Source: a virus
Virus record (IMG/VR): IMGVR_UViG_3300026534_000102
Span: 1 to 64,000 of that record
DNA: 64,000 nucleotides
Strand: one strand, 5' to 3'
In this document: in pieces, positions 46,535 to 56,863 of the stretch
Layout: each line of letters begins with the position of its first letter
Numbering within the stretch: position 1 is the stretch's first letter
Made by a program: the position numbers and the translations under genes
Notes under the pieces: generated by a model
Told to the model about the DNA's origin: nothing
Seen by the model: the letters and a program-made list of their open reading frames with translations, nothing else
Databases searched by the model: none

Positions 46535-47170
46535 TTACAACTTCTCCCCACTTTTATAAACAAAAAATCCCTTTATAAAGTCTGACGCAGTTATAATAAG
46601 ACTTTTTCTAATAAGTTTTGAAGCATGTCTATTTAAACCTACCTCATTAACTTTAATAGGCTTAGCAGGAACACCTGCCCAAATTACACCGTCTGGAGAA
46701 GTACCTTTAAAAAAAGCATTCGCGCCAATCATACAATAATTTCCAATTTTGGCTCTCTGATGTGTAGTAGAATTTAAACCAAAATAACAATAATCTCCTG
46801 AAACATGATGCCCTCCGATGATACTTTCTGTAGATAGCACACTATACTTACCCAAAATGGCATCATGCCCAACATGTGCCTTAGCCATTATGTAACTATG
46901 TTCTCCTATCCTGGTTTCCTCACTAAAAATAGGAGCATTTATAGTAACATACTCCCTTATTTCAACATTATCTTCTATAATAACTTTTCCGTTTTGATCA
47001 TCAGGATCATGTGGATGTTCTCCTGGCAATCCCAAAGAGGCATTATAAATCTTACAATTCTTACCAACTACAACTCTAGAAGATATATAAGTAAATGGGC
47101 CTATATAAGTTCCTTCTCCAATTTCTTCTGTTTCCACTACCGCAGTCGGATGTATAAAAACATTATTCAT
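46535..47170 (-). CDS. LpxA-like acyltransferase
   Basis: IHPTAVV, IREYVTIN, YIMAKAHVGHD, THQ...IG.Y.MIG. Confidence 0.8.
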   Translation of the reverse strand: MNNVFIHPTAVVETEEIGEGTYIGPFTYISSRVVVGKNCKIYNASLGLPGEHPHDPDDQNGKVIIEDNVEIREYVTINAPIFSEETRIGEHSYIMAKAHVGHDAILGKYSVLSTESIIGGHHVSGDYCYFGLNSTTHQRAKIGNYCMIGANAFFKGTSPDGVIWAGVPAKPIKVNEVGLNRHASKLIRKSLIITASDFIKGFFVYKSGEKL

Positions 47171-47173
47171 AAC

Positions 47174-48013
47174 TTAATTCTCCTTAAAACACCATAATTT
47201 ATTAATTTCCTTATCATCACATATATATTCAGTAGCTTGGTTTTTATGGTCTTCTATCCATTTGGAAACATATTTAGGATGACTTCCGGTAAAAACTTTA
47301 GCCCCGACTTTATCAAAAGCGTAACTGAAAGAACGAGGCTCTGCTAATTTACCACCTTTATATTCGGAGCTATATTGATATAAATCATCTGCCTTTTTTG
47401 ACTTCCTACCAAGCGCCCTTGGGTCTCTACAATTACCGTAATGATATAAAACAATGTTGGAAAGAAAACAACCAGCCATATGTGCGGTCATACCATTCGG
47501 CCAAATTAAATCATCCGCACAGCCCTTTTCAATATGATGGAGCCTAATTCCTGTACTACGTTTACATAACCTTGTGTGTCTTTTGTACCAAGCAGGGCCA
47601 TCTATATAATGTGTTGGTCTACCATAAAAATGTATAACTTTAAAAGAAACAGCAGGAATTCCTTTATTAGTTAGCTCACGTATAGCTAAAATATCATTTT
47701 CATGTATCACTTCATCTGCATCTATAAATATAACATAAGCATCAAAAGGTATTTTGTCAAGTAGGAAATTCTTCTGATCAGCCCACACACGCCTATTATG
47801 TTCCCACTCCCTTTCAAAAATCACAACACGGTCTTTACCATATTCTTTTTGCAAAGTATACAATAGGTCTAACGTGCCATCAGTAGATTTCCCATCATTA
47901 ATATAAATGTTATCACACAAGTCCATCATACTACGCACAGTGGCCTCTAAACAATAATCAAGGGTAAGACATTGGTGAGTTATTAAATGCGCTGAAATCA
48001 CACTTGAGCCCAT
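47174..48013 (-). CDS. glycosyltransferase family 2
   Basis: DGKSTDGT, FIDADE, YHYG. Confidence 0.85.
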   Translation of the reverse strand: MGSSVISAHLITHQCLTLDYCLEATVRSMMDLCDNIYINDGKSTDGTLDLLYTLQKEYGKDRVVIFEREWEHNRRVWADQKNFLLDKIPFDAYVIFIDADEVIHENDILAIRELTNKGIPAVSFKVIHFYGRPTHYIDGPAWYKRHTRLCKRSTGIRLHHIEKGCADDLIWPNGMTAHMAGCFLSNIVLYHYGNCRDPRALGRKSKKADDLYQYSSEYKGGKLAEPRSFSYAFDKVGAKVFTGSHPKYVSKWIEDHKNQATEYICDDKEINKLWCFKEN

Positions 48014-49008
48014 TTACCACCCTCCTTTAGTGATCGTTGCATCGCGGAAAGAGTTTTAACAACACTTACTCCAACTTCCGCTGAAGAGAGGGGTTGTTTA
48101 TTAGTTTTAATAGCATCAATAAAAACCTGGCATTCTTTCATTAGCGGCTCATAGTTTTCCAAATAAGGAATAATAGCGTCACCATATTTATAAAGCATCA
48201 TATGGGATGCAAAAGAACGACTTATTTTAGCCTCCTCTTCATCTATATCTACAGATTTATTATAAAGAGTTATTTTTTTAGGAGCTGATTCGCATACGGC
48301 CATTTGTTTTTCACCAACTACCACTAAACTCCTAATTTTTAGAGGGTCTAACCAACTTAAATGTAAATTACAAATCACTCCATTTTGATATTTCATATTT
48401 ATAAAAGCCACATCTTCTGACCCCTCAAGAATGTGTGCCTTAGCAAACACTTGCGTTTCTTTACATTTGTCTTCTAAAAGAAAATCAATAATGCTGATAT
48501 CGTGAGGAGCTAAATCTTCTATTACATTTGCTGGAGACTGTACTTTTCCTAAATTAAGTCTCTTAGTATAGATATATCTAATTTTACCAAAAGCTTTATT
48601 ACTTATAATTTCTTTCAATTTTAATATTTCAGGGCTGTATAAAAAGATATGTCCAACCATTACTATACTTTTATGCTTTTCTGCCAATTCTTGTATTTTT
48701 TCGGCTTCTTTCACATCCAAAGTCATTGGTTTTTCTATAAAAACATGTTTGCCGTTCATAATAGCTTTTTTAGCTATTTCATAATGAGTGTGCGGAGGTG
48801 TAGCTATAACAACTCCTTGAACATCTTTTTTACCAAGACACCTCTCCCAATCAGTATCAAAAAAAACATCTTTGTATTGGTTATTAGTTGCAAAATTTTT
48901 CAGCGCTTTTTCATTAATATCAAATGCTGCAGCTAAAGAGCCCATATTAAAAAAGGTTCTAAATAAATTTGGTCCCCAATACCCTAATCCAATTAAAACT
49001 ACTTTCAT
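47998..49008 (-). CDS. Gfo/Idh/MocA NAD-dependent oxidoreductase (WbpB/GnnA-like)
   Basis: IGLGYWG, IATPP..H, FIEKP, DLAPHD. Confidence 0.93.
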   Translation of the reverse strand: MKVVLIGLGYWGPNLFRTFFNMGSLAAAFDINEKALKNFATNNQYKDVFFDTDWERCLGKKDVQGVVIATPPHTHYEIAKKAIMNGKHVFIEKPMTLDVKEAEKIQELAEKHKSIVMVGHIFLYSPEILKLKEIISNKAFGKIRYIYTKRLNLGKVQSPANVIEDLAPHDISIIDFLLEDKCKETQVFAKAHILEGSEDVAFINMKYQNGVICNLHLSWLDPLKIRSLVVVGEKQMAVCESAPKKITLYNKSVDIDEEEAKISRSFASHMMLYKYGDAIIPYLENYEPLMKECQVFIDAIKTNKQPLSSAEVGVSVVKTLSAMQRSLKEGGKWAQV

Positions 49009-49021
49009 GTCTACTTCTTCT

Positions 49022-49675
49022 TCACATTTCATCAGGCCAAATATTACCTCCACCATCAATTTTTTGTTTTTCTTGCAAGGTTCTATAAAGCTCATTCATT
49101 TTGTCAAAATTATATTCTATTCTGGGCTTCCAGTACATATTAAAATGGTGTATATCCTGCTCAACTTTAATTTGTTTCCTCAACCCCATCGGCCATTCAT
49201 GGACATAATGCACTAAATGAATTCTTGGAAAATCATTTCTTATTAATCTAAGCTGCCAATCTGGATACCAATTCTGTTTAGTATATTCTTTTTTCATTTC
49301 AAGATCTTCCCAGTGCCGCCGAGGAAACCATACCCCATCTATATTAGTTTTATTAATTTCTTCTATTAAAGGAGCTAATTTTTCTCCAAACTCGGGCGTA
49401 ATACATTCATCAGGAGCAATGAATAAGGTCCAATCAGACTTACCTTTTAACCAATATAACAAAGTATTCCAAGTTTTACCAAAATTTTCAAATTTAAAAA
49501 ATTTGGTCTTACAACCCAAAGACTCTGCTATTTCTTTAGTGTTGTCAGTGGTAGTATCGTCTATAATTACATAACTTTCATCCACATAAGGTTGCACAGA
49601 ATCCAACATTTTTTCTATACAATGAGCTTCATTTTTCACAAAATTAGCACTAATAAGTTTCGACATATCAAACAT
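49022..49675 (-). CDS. glycosyltransferase family 2 (WaaE/KdtX-like)
   Basis: VKNEA..IE..L.SV, TDNT.EIA, PDE, YPDWQ.RL, VHE. Confidence 0.85.
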   Translation of the reverse strand: MFDMSKLISANFVKNEAHCIEKMLDSVQPYVDESYVIIDDTTTDNTKEIAESLGCKTKFFKFENFGKTWNTLLYWLKGKSDWTLFIAPDECITPEFGEKLAPLIEEINKTNIDGVWFPRRHWEDLEMKKEYTKQNWYPDWQLRLIRNDFPRIHLVHYVHEWPMGLRKQIKVEQDIHHFNMYWKPRIEYNFDKMNELYRTLQEKQKIDGGGNIWPDEM

Positions 49676-50204
49676 CCCTCACCTTTTTCATTTTAACAAC
49701 CATATTATAACCTTCCTTTTTCCAAGACTGTTCTTCCAACCCCACGTCTTTGCATATAAACTCAAAAAATCTCCTATCAAAACCTACATAATGAAAATTG
49801 CCTACATAATCTTGACCACCATATAGTAACCAAGAAAAATAATGTGCTATAGGAACACCTCCCTGCATGTCGCTCCTATTTTCTTGATGTCGTTTAACAT
49901 AGTCTTCACAAATAGCCAACAGGTTTGGCAACCTAAATTCTATAATCCCTTCTTTTTTTAAAACTCTAAGCCATTCTCTCATAACGGAAGTAGTTTCAGC
50001 AATAGGGAAGTGTTCTATGATATCACTGGCAAGGATATAATCAAAGTATCCATCTCGGAATGGCAGGTGTCTTACATCTCCTACTATATCGACACAGGGT
50101 AAGGGTCTAAAATCATAATTAGTACACCTATAAAAAGGATGAGGATAACCAGAATATACACGTTCTCCACATCCTATATTCAAAGTCATTTTACGCATAG
50201 TCAT
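49668..50204 (-). CDS. SAM-dependent methyltransferase (type 11)
   Basis: LNIGCG, LPF, IIEH, EW.RVLK. Confidence 0.85.
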   Translation of the reverse strand: MTMRKMTLNIGCGERVYSGYPHPFYRCTNYDFRPLPCVDIVGDVRHLPFRDGYFDYILASDIIEHFPIAETTSVMREWLRVLKKEGIIEFRLPNLLAICEDYVKRHQENRSDMQGGVPIAHYFSWLLYGGQDYVGNFHYVGFDRRFFEFICKDVGLEEQSWKKEGYNMVVKMKKVRDV

Positions 50205-50949
50205 ATCTTTCTAACTGTTCTATAAATTCATCAGATAAATTATTCATCAAATTAGGGTAAGTTTTCTTCCAGTTGAATTGTGTCGGTTTAAAGAAACTTT
50301 CTACCATTTTTACATCAGTTTCTATGAAACTTGACATTTGTTCTCTAAAATTAGATGGGTTAGTTAATAAATCTTCATATTTATAAAACATAATTCTATC
50401 TGTTTTATTTTGTAATTTATTAATCTTTTTCATAGAAGCTAACCAAAGATCTTCTGCTTCAGATATATCATTTCTATACCAGAATACATCAAAAATAGAA
50501 GGATCTTTAGCACGCCTTACCTGGGACTCCATTACATCTCTCCCATCCCTGATCAGTATTAAAATTTTCAAATTATTAAACATATCTAAAAATTCTTCTG
50601 CTCTATTCAAATAAGTAATGGGAAGTTTGTCACCAAAAATAGTCACTTTATCTGGACAATGCTCTATTACCTTTTCCAAACTTTGCTTACCAGTAGTTTT
50701 TTCTATCTCTAACCTTCTAGTAAATGAATAACCATGAATTCCTTTGTAATAAAAAATTCTATTATTAACAAGAGCCCGCATCATAGTATATATTCTCATA
50801 TAATTATTGGGGTCTTCCCACTCACTATAAAAGGCAAATTCAGCTGGAATTATAATTGAATCAGACATACTTAAAAACTCTGCCACAGCTGTAGTACCAG
50901 AACGAACACATCCTGTAATAAGCAAATGTGTTTTTACTTTATCAAGCAT
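50191..50949 (-). CDS. sulfotransferase
   Basis: ITGC.RSGTT (PAPS-binding), GDKLP, IRDGRDV..S, YEDL..NP. Confidence 0.9.
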   Translation of the reverse strand: MLDKVKTHLLITGCVRSGTTAVAEFLSMSDSIIIPAEFAFYSEWEDPNNYMRIYTMMRALVNNRIFYYKGIHGYSFTRRLEIEKTTGKQSLEKVIEHCPDKVTIFGDKLPITYLNRAEEFLDMFNNLKILILIRDGRDVMESQVRRAKDPSIFDVFWYRNDISEAEDLWLASMKKINKLQNKTDRIMFYKYEDLLTNPSNFREQMSSFIETDVKMVESFFKPTQFNWKKTYPNLMNNLSDEFIEQLERYDYA

Positions 50950-53189
50950 TATAGTTCTTCTATTTCCTTTACTATTTTATTTCCAATATGTTCCCAAGTA
51001 AAATTATCCGCTATATATTCTTTAATTTTTTGCCCGCGAGCGGCCGCTTCTTCTTGATCCTCATAAACATGTTTCATCAAATCAGAAGCATGCTTTACAT
51101 CTGGTTCGGCCCACAGTTGATCCCCTCGATACCATGGTGAATTACTTGAAGCAATACCATTTAAAATATAACTTCCTCCGTTTATAATATCTTCATCATC
51201 GTCTGGTTCTACGGAAATACTACATATAAATTCATTAGATGCTTCTAATAATTCTTTACCAGTAACTAACACACCAAAACCACCATCACTGCTGTCCTTC
51301 TTAAACCTACTACTGATCCTGTTGGCATTATTTATGCCCAAAATGGCATCAAACTTTTCATCTGAAACAGATATAATATAACTAATTCTACCATCAACCC
51401 TCTCACTCTTACGCAAGGAGGGTACAATTCCAAGGGACAGTAAAACATCCCGCACACACATAACTAGCTCTAGGGAAGCAGTTTCTGCTATACATTCGGG
51501 ACTAATACGTTTTTTACCGGTTTTTTTATTCTTGTACCCCTCTTTTCTTATATGACCATCACCATCCCAATATCCTCTTAACAAATCCTTGTTACAGGGG
51601 TTGAATTTAATAATGGGCGAAATAAACTTTTCGTGACTGCCACTACCGAAATTCTTCTTAAAGAACTTCGCCGCATTAGCATCATTAAACATCACCTCGT
51701 AACCATTACGATCGAGCATATCCCGTTCATAAATGTTGTCATCTTTGATAGAAAAAATATCTTTCATATAGTCTTTACATATCTTCCCTAAAGTATTTTT
51801 CTCGTTGATACGGAAGGAAAACGAAACATAACTGTAGTGTCTATGAATATAGCCCTCGGCTATATACAAACCTGATAGATACGATAATTTGGATAGCAAA
51901 TCAGTTTGGATAGGATGTATTGCTGATTTATCATCCCTGTATTGTATAGGTTGTTGGGAATTAATAGTGGGCTTGGGAATATATAAATAATCACCTACAT
52001 TAATGTCAACTACCGCTTTTCTAACTGGGACATTATTTTCACCTAATACATATAATTTATGTTCCCCAGTCAATTCTAATTTTTCTGGGCAAGAAAAACA
52101 CTTAAGTGTGTAAACATCCTCATGTTCTAAAAGGGGTCTAAACTCTACTTTATTAATCTGTTTTATCTGTAAATTTTTATTAACTACCGACATTCCACTA
52201 CGTAAATCACATGCCCTTTTGAAACCTTCGGTAGTTTTTACTAATGATTCCAATGACATACACCACGGCATTCCAAAAACTGGAGTTAGGCTATAATTTA
52301 CCAAATAAGAGTTGTCTTCCTTAGCATACTCTGTACTACCACCAAAACCAGTTACTATGATGGGATTACCACAAGCGCCGGCGGTAAAAGGGCTTAAACC
52401 AAAACCTTCACCCCTATCAAAAGATATATAACAATCACCTCTTGCATGTAGTCCCAAAATTTCTTCATTTGATAGTAAATTTAAGATTAAATAGATCTTT
52501 GGATACCGCTCCATAGGAGTTACGGCTTTAAGTCTTTTAATTGTAGTTCTAATAGCATCTTTTTCTGGTTCACTGTAGTCACTTCTATAAGTTTTTAATA
52601 CCAACGCAACATTTTCGTTATTTTGAAATGCATGCCAATAAGCTTTTACCATAGAAAGCGGATGTTTGCGTTCGGTCCATTGGAGAATACTATAGAACAT
52701 ATAGGTATCTTTTTCTACTCCCCGCACATCATACTCTTTAATACCATTAAATTCTGACATATCTATTCCATGGGGGACTACTCCAATAGGAATTGTAACA
52801 CCACTTTCTTCAAAAACTTCTTTATTCCAACTACATCCTACTAAAACTTTATCTACATTTTCATTAATATACCCAGGCCAGTCTGGATGTAATTTAGTAG
52901 TTTCCCAAATAGTATATCCTACATTAACTTTGTCCTTTTCTCTATATTTTTGCCAGAATTCAGGAGTCGTATGTATAAACACTACGTTATAATCAATCTT
53001 CTTATCAATTAAACTTTTTAAAATCTCGCCATTTTTACCTAAGCCAGGTCGAGCTGCCTCAAAAGATATCGGTGCTAAAGTAAGAGGAATCCCTTTGTTA
53101 TAAAGTGCCATTATGTTACCTCTACAAGCTTGAGCATACCCTGAATTATCAAAAATAGGACCAATATATTTTATACCAGTAATCTCCAT
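50949..53189 (-). CDS. glycosyltransferase family 4 (GT-B) containing an intein
   Basis: SGYA, WETTKL, PHG, ERK, RGEGFGL..F.A.ACG.P.I. Confidence 0.9.
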   Translation of the reverse strand: MEITGIKYIGPIFDNSGYAQACRGNIMALYNKGIPLTLAPISFEAARPGLGKNGEILKSLIDKKIDYNVVFIHTTPEFWQKYREKDKVNVGYTIWETTKLHPDWPGYINENVDKVLVGCSWNKEVFEESGVTIPIGVVPHGIDMSEFNGIKEYDVRGVEKDTYMFYSILQWTERKHPLSMVKAYWHAFQNNENVALVLKTYRSDYSEPEKDAIRTTIKRLKAVTPMERYPKIYLILNLLSNEEILGLHARGDCYISFDRGEGFGLSPFTAGACGNPIIVTGFGGSTEYAKEDNSYLVNYSLTPVFGMPWCMSLESLVKTTEGFKRACDLRSGMSVVNKNLQIKQINKVEFRPLLEHEDVYTLKCFSCPEKLELTGEHKLYVLGENNVPVRKAVVDINVGDYLYIPKPTINSQQPIQYRDDKSAIHPIQTDLLSKLSYLSGLYIAEGYIHRHYSYVSFSFRINEKNTLGKICKDYMKDIFSIKDDNIYERDMLDRNGYEVMFNDANAAKFFKKNFGSGSHEKFISPIIKFNPCNKDLLRGYWDGDGHIRKEGYKNKKTGKKRISPECIAETASLELVMCVRDVLLSLGIVPSLRKSERVDGRISYIISVSDEKFDAILGINNANRISSRFKKDSSDGGFGVLVTGKELLEASNEFICSISVEPDDDEDIINGGSYILNGIASSNSPWYRGDQLWAEPDVKHASDLMKHVYEDQEEAAARGQKIKEYIADNFTWEHIGNKIVKEIEEL
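51141..52262 (-). mobile_element. intein in the glycosyltransferase (374 aa, LAGLIDADG, ends Ser-Asn)
   Basis: MPW|CMSLES...LTGEH...GLYIAEG...LRGYWDGDG...NGIASSN|SPW. Confidence 0.88.
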
Positions 53190-53986
53190 TAATTATACTC
53201 CTCTTTCATACATCTTATCTTTGCCAAATCTTCTGCATATCCATAAATGTGTAAACCTTTACTTTCAACAATCATTTCCCCATCATCTACTCCTATTTCG
53301 CTGGCCATGAAAGATTTTAATTCTTGAATACCAGCAAGATTTGCGGGTAAACCTCCCCATAAATCCCAAGATCTAAAATAGACGAAAAAATGCAATTGAT
53401 TATCTTGAACACGTGTATCAATTCCTCTTAAACAAGGTGGGTCTTTCAATAAAATATCATCTGGCTTTGCAACCTGCAGCACCAATTGATTATTTCTATG
53501 CCCATGTTTTTTATATGTTTCTATAATATAATCTATTTGATTAACATACGGAGAAAAACCATCCCAATAAACGCCTCGATCATTATCTGTGTATAAAATA
53601 TTATCTGCTTCAAGTTCTCTAAATTCCATTATATCTTTACTTAATGTAAAGTGGGTTAGTCTTTCCCCATAAGTATAAGATTCTCCCGGTTCTTTTCTAT
53701 CTGTCATTATATATTCTATATAAGATCTATCATACCCTTCGCCACCATAAATATAAGCCTCCTCTACAGGCGCCGGTATGTTAAGATGTGGTGGAATCTC
53801 TGGAATTAAAGGTTTAATCCATGGCTTAGTAATATGTCCCGTAAAATAATCAAACTCTAATCGTGTCTGTCCTTCATAAGAACCCCGATCTATGGTTTCT
53901 TTACGACCATTTTCTAATAGTTGATAAACAGCTTGAAACCATAGGTCAGGCAATGTTATCGCATCTACTCTTATAATTTTCAACAT
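53189..53986 (-). CDS. thymidylate synthase family protein (archaeal-type ThyA)
   Basis: YTYGERL, DPPCLR, FRSWD...G.PAN, LHIY. Confidence 0.88.
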   Translation of the reverse strand: MLKIIRVDAITLPDLWFQAVYQLLENGRKETIDRGSYEGQTRLEFDYFTGHITKPWIKPLIPEIPPHLNIPAPVEEAYIYGGEGYDRSYIEYIMTDRKEPGESYTYGERLTHFTLSKDIMEFRELEADNILYTDNDRGVYWDGFSPYVNQIDYIIETYKKHGHRNNQLVLQVAKPDDILLKDPPCLRGIDTRVQDNQLHFFVYFRSWDLWGGLPANLAGIQELKSFMASEIGVDDGEMIVESKGLHIYGYAEDLAKIRCMKEEYN

Positions 53987-53988
53987 AT

Positions 53989-55266
53989 CTAAAATTCCTC
54001 TGTTTCAATAGACTTCTCTCCCTCAACAGGTGCTTTTTCCGATGCAGACGTGAGTTCATCATGTGCTTTATTAAAAACTTCTAACCATTTTGGAACAATG
54101 CTTTGTTGCCAATCCATTTTTGTAAGAACCCATTCATATGCTTTTTCTGCCTTCTTCAAAGCACCATCATAATCACCGTACACCGTCAACATTTTAGCAA
54201 CCATATCTTCCACATCAACCAAGGGACGTATAACCTCATTATCATGAGGCAATACAGTGAATAAACTAGAATTAGAGCCGCTATTAACAAGGTATCCTCG
54301 CTCATCAATAATATTTTCAGAAATAGCTGTATTATTGGGCATAATTACCGGAGTTTTAGTGGCCATGGCTTCAATCCAAGACAATCCCCAACCCTCCCCT
54401 AAACTAGTACTAATAACACAATCGCTAATATTATAGATCATATTAACAATTTGAATCGGGTAACCTTGATTGGGACCAAAATTCTCTGGAAAAATAACAT
54501 CATCATTAATATTAAAACCATAAGATTTACAGACTTCTGGCAAATGCCAGCCCTGATCTTGTCTAGCCATATGTAAGTACAACAATGATTCAGGTACATG
54601 TTTTCTAAACTCTGCAAAAGCTTGTATAGTTCTAGGTATATCTTTACGTTGCTGATTCCTATTAAGATTAGTAAAAATAAACCTATCACTATATTTACCA
54701 AAATATCTTTTTCTAAATTTTAATTTCTCATCATCATCCAAAGGGAAAAAATTAGTGGTATTAACTCCATGTGGGATAACAATAATATCCTTAGTCAAAT
54801 CTGGACAAGCTTTTTCTGCTTCTCGTTTACCATATTCAGAATACGCTACAGTAAAATCGGCAGCACTTACATTTTTAATCCATTGCTCTTTAGGAGCACC
54901 ATCAACTGGAAAATAACAAATACTTCTAAAAGGTTTAGAGTAGTTTGCTCTCAAATAGTCCATAAGCTCTGGAATAAAATCCATGATAAAAGAATCCTGC
55001 AGCAAGAATAAAATGTCAAAATCCATTCGAGGAATCATGTTGCAAATTTTTTTGCGGCCATACGGATCCCGCTCCGCATTAGTACCAGTTGGCCAAATTC
55101 TATAGGGAAAATTATGTGGATCTCCCCAATAATTTATACCAAGAATATCAATATCAAACCTACCAGTTCTATATAGTCCTTCAAAAATGTTACGACTAAC
55201 CGTTCCAAATCCTGTAGCACAGGTGGGTGAATCACAATATGCCAATACTTTAATCTTTTTGTCCAT
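53989..55266 (-). CDS. glycosyltransferase family 4 (GT-B)
   Basis: DSP...TGFG, IPHGV, NRNQ.RK, GEGWGL..IEAMA. Confidence 0.92.
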   Translation of the reverse strand: MDKKIKVLAYCDSPTCATGFGTVSRNIFEGLYRTGRFDIDILGINYWGDPHNFPYRIWPTGTNAERDPYGRKKICNMIPRMDFDILFLLQDSFIMDFIPELMDYLRANYSKPFRSICYFPVDGAPKEQWIKNVSAADFTVAYSEYGKREAEKACPDLTKDIIVIPHGVNTTNFFPLDDDEKLKFRKRYFGKYSDRFIFTNLNRNQQRKDIPRTIQAFAEFRKHVPESLLYLHMARQDQGWHLPEVCKSYGFNINDDVIFPENFGPNQGYPIQIVNMIYNISDCVISTSLGEGWGLSWIEAMATKTPVIMPNNTAISENIIDERGYLVNSGSNSSLFTVLPHDNEVIRPLVDVEDMVAKMLTVYGDYDGALKKAEKAYEWVLTKMDWQQSIVPKWLEVFNKAHDELTSASEKAPVEGEKSIETEEF

Positions 55267-55288
55267 TCTAATAAATTCTCCTATTCTT

Positions 55289-56446
55289 TTATAATTTTTT
55301 TACCGCCAAAAAAGGACTGGTATAATTAATATGCAAAGCTTCTTCCAATTTTTCCATTACAGCTGGATTAGCCTCCGCATATTTTTTTACTGCCTTATTA
55401 TTTAATGTTGACACTAAGGTAGCAAAAACCTCATGATCCGAAACACACTTTGCTACCTGCACCGGATCATAACTACTCCTGGAATTTTGTCGTATATACA
55501 ATTGCTGTTCTTCATCCTTTATCACACTATCATGATCTCGAATACGTTCCTGCATAAGCATGGAGAGTTCCCGTTCCCTTCCCTTCAGTAGAGACATAAC
55601 ATTTCTTATATTTTTCCACTCTTTAAACATCTCAGTACTGGACATATTAGAGGTTTGTAAAAATTTATAGTCTGATTTAGACAAAGTTTTCTTATATTCA
55701 TCGCAAAATTCTTTATATTCACACCAAGGACAGAAAAAGTTTAGCGTAGGAGTAGCATCCTTATCTGAAAAATTCATCATTTCTTTATGAATAGTAGTCA
55801 GATAGGACGAAAACTCTAATCGCTCCTCGGGTGTTCTGTAAGTATAAACTGGATCAAATTTTAACATATCTAAACTTAAAATAATACGTTTATAACCGGG
55901 AAAAATCTTAGATGAGACTAAGTCGTAGATAGAAAGCTGGATATCGTTTTTCAACTCATCTGCTGTGGGCACCATAGAAGAAGTCTTATAATCAGTTATA
56001 AGTAACGTATCTTCATTAATCTCACTAACCATATCCATTGCCCCAATTAAAGGCACTCCATCGTCCGTAGATACTTTATAAGTGTTTTTCCCCATCCCAA
56101 ATTTTATTTCCAAACCGATAATTTTTTTGCCCAAAACAAAATTATTAAGGCGTGCCTCTACCAAGTCCTTGCCCTTAGTATGAATAGCGAAATCGCTTAT
56201 ACCCTCTCTTACAGAGACCTCAGTATATTTTTGAATAATTTTCTTCTTATCAGCATCAGAAAATTTACCTTTTTTCATCCATATATTTCCTGCCAACTCT
56301 AAGGATTCATGACACGCTATACCTAATTTAAAAGCTGGGTTCGAAATTTTTGGCAATTTATCCACATACATAAACTTGTATTTTTGCTTACAAGATAGAA
56401 AAGTTTTAATTCTAGATGCACTTAATTTAACTACTTTTTTTGACAT
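55289..56446 (-). CDS. RecB/Cas4-like PD-(D/E)XK nuclease
   Basis: LSAS.I..F..C, G...H, G.MD...ITDYKT, QL.IY, C.WC.YK..C. Confidence 0.88.
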   Translation of the reverse strand: MSKKVVKLSASRIKTFLSCKQKYKFMYVDKLPKISNPAFKLGIACHESLELAGNIWMKKGKFSDADKKKIIQKYTEVSVREGISDFAIHTKGKDLVEARLNNFVLGKKIIGLEIKFGMGKNTYKVSTDDGVPLIGAMDMVSEINEDTLLITDYKTSSMVPTADELKNDIQLSIYDLVSSKIFPGYKRIILSLDMLKFDPVYTYRTPEERLEFSSYLTTIHKEMMNFSDKDATPTLNFFCPWCEYKEFCDEYKKTLSKSDYKFLQTSNMSSTEMFKEWKNIRNVMSLLKGRERELSMLMQERIRDHDSVIKDEEQQLYIRQNSRSSYDPVQVAKCVSDHEVFATLVSTLNNKAVKKYAEANPAVMEKLEEALHINYTSPFLAVKKL

Positions 56447-56449
56447 AAC

Positions 56450-56863
56450 CTAATTTCCCTCCATAGAAGCTTTATCTATGCTTTTTAATTGATATTCTAA
56501 AAGTTGTTTCAGTATTCCAAAAAACACTGTTGCATCTAAAACCACAATGGGCTCATGATGATTTCTTTTACATACCAACAACCAATTTGTATTTTCTTTT
56601 TGATTTGCTTTTGCTTGTTTTATCCAAGCTGGAAGTGACCACGTTTCTTGGTTTTTACATTCTACAGAATAATTAAACTTTTCTTGAGCCTCGCCAATTA
56701 ATCTTATATCAGTGCCACTTTGTCCCATTTCCCTAGAGGCAACAACACAATCTTTTCCCCAATCACAGCTTAATAACTTCGCAATTTGTTTAGCAGTCCA
56801 GTCTTGTAAGCGTCTTGCTTTAGCTTTTTTAGACGCCACACTTATAGTCTTCTTACTCATCAT
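56450..56863 (-). CDS. putative Holliday junction resolvase (PD-(D/E)XK)
   Basis: SKKAKARRLQ, GTDI, SVECKNQE, W.KQA. Confidence 0.8.
   Translation of the reverse strand: MMSKKTISVASKKAKARRLQDWTAKQIAKLLSCDWGKDCVVASREMGQSGTDIRLIGEAQEKFNYSVECKNQETWSLPAWIKQAKANQKENTNWLLVCKRNHHEPIVVLDATVFFGILKQLLEYQLKSIDKASMEGN

Noticed and set aside
55289-56446. Cas4 as evidence of a phage CRISPR-Cas system
   Set aside because: Stand-alone RecB/Cas4-like nucleases are routine in phage replication modules, and there is no cas1, cas2 or Cascade gene.
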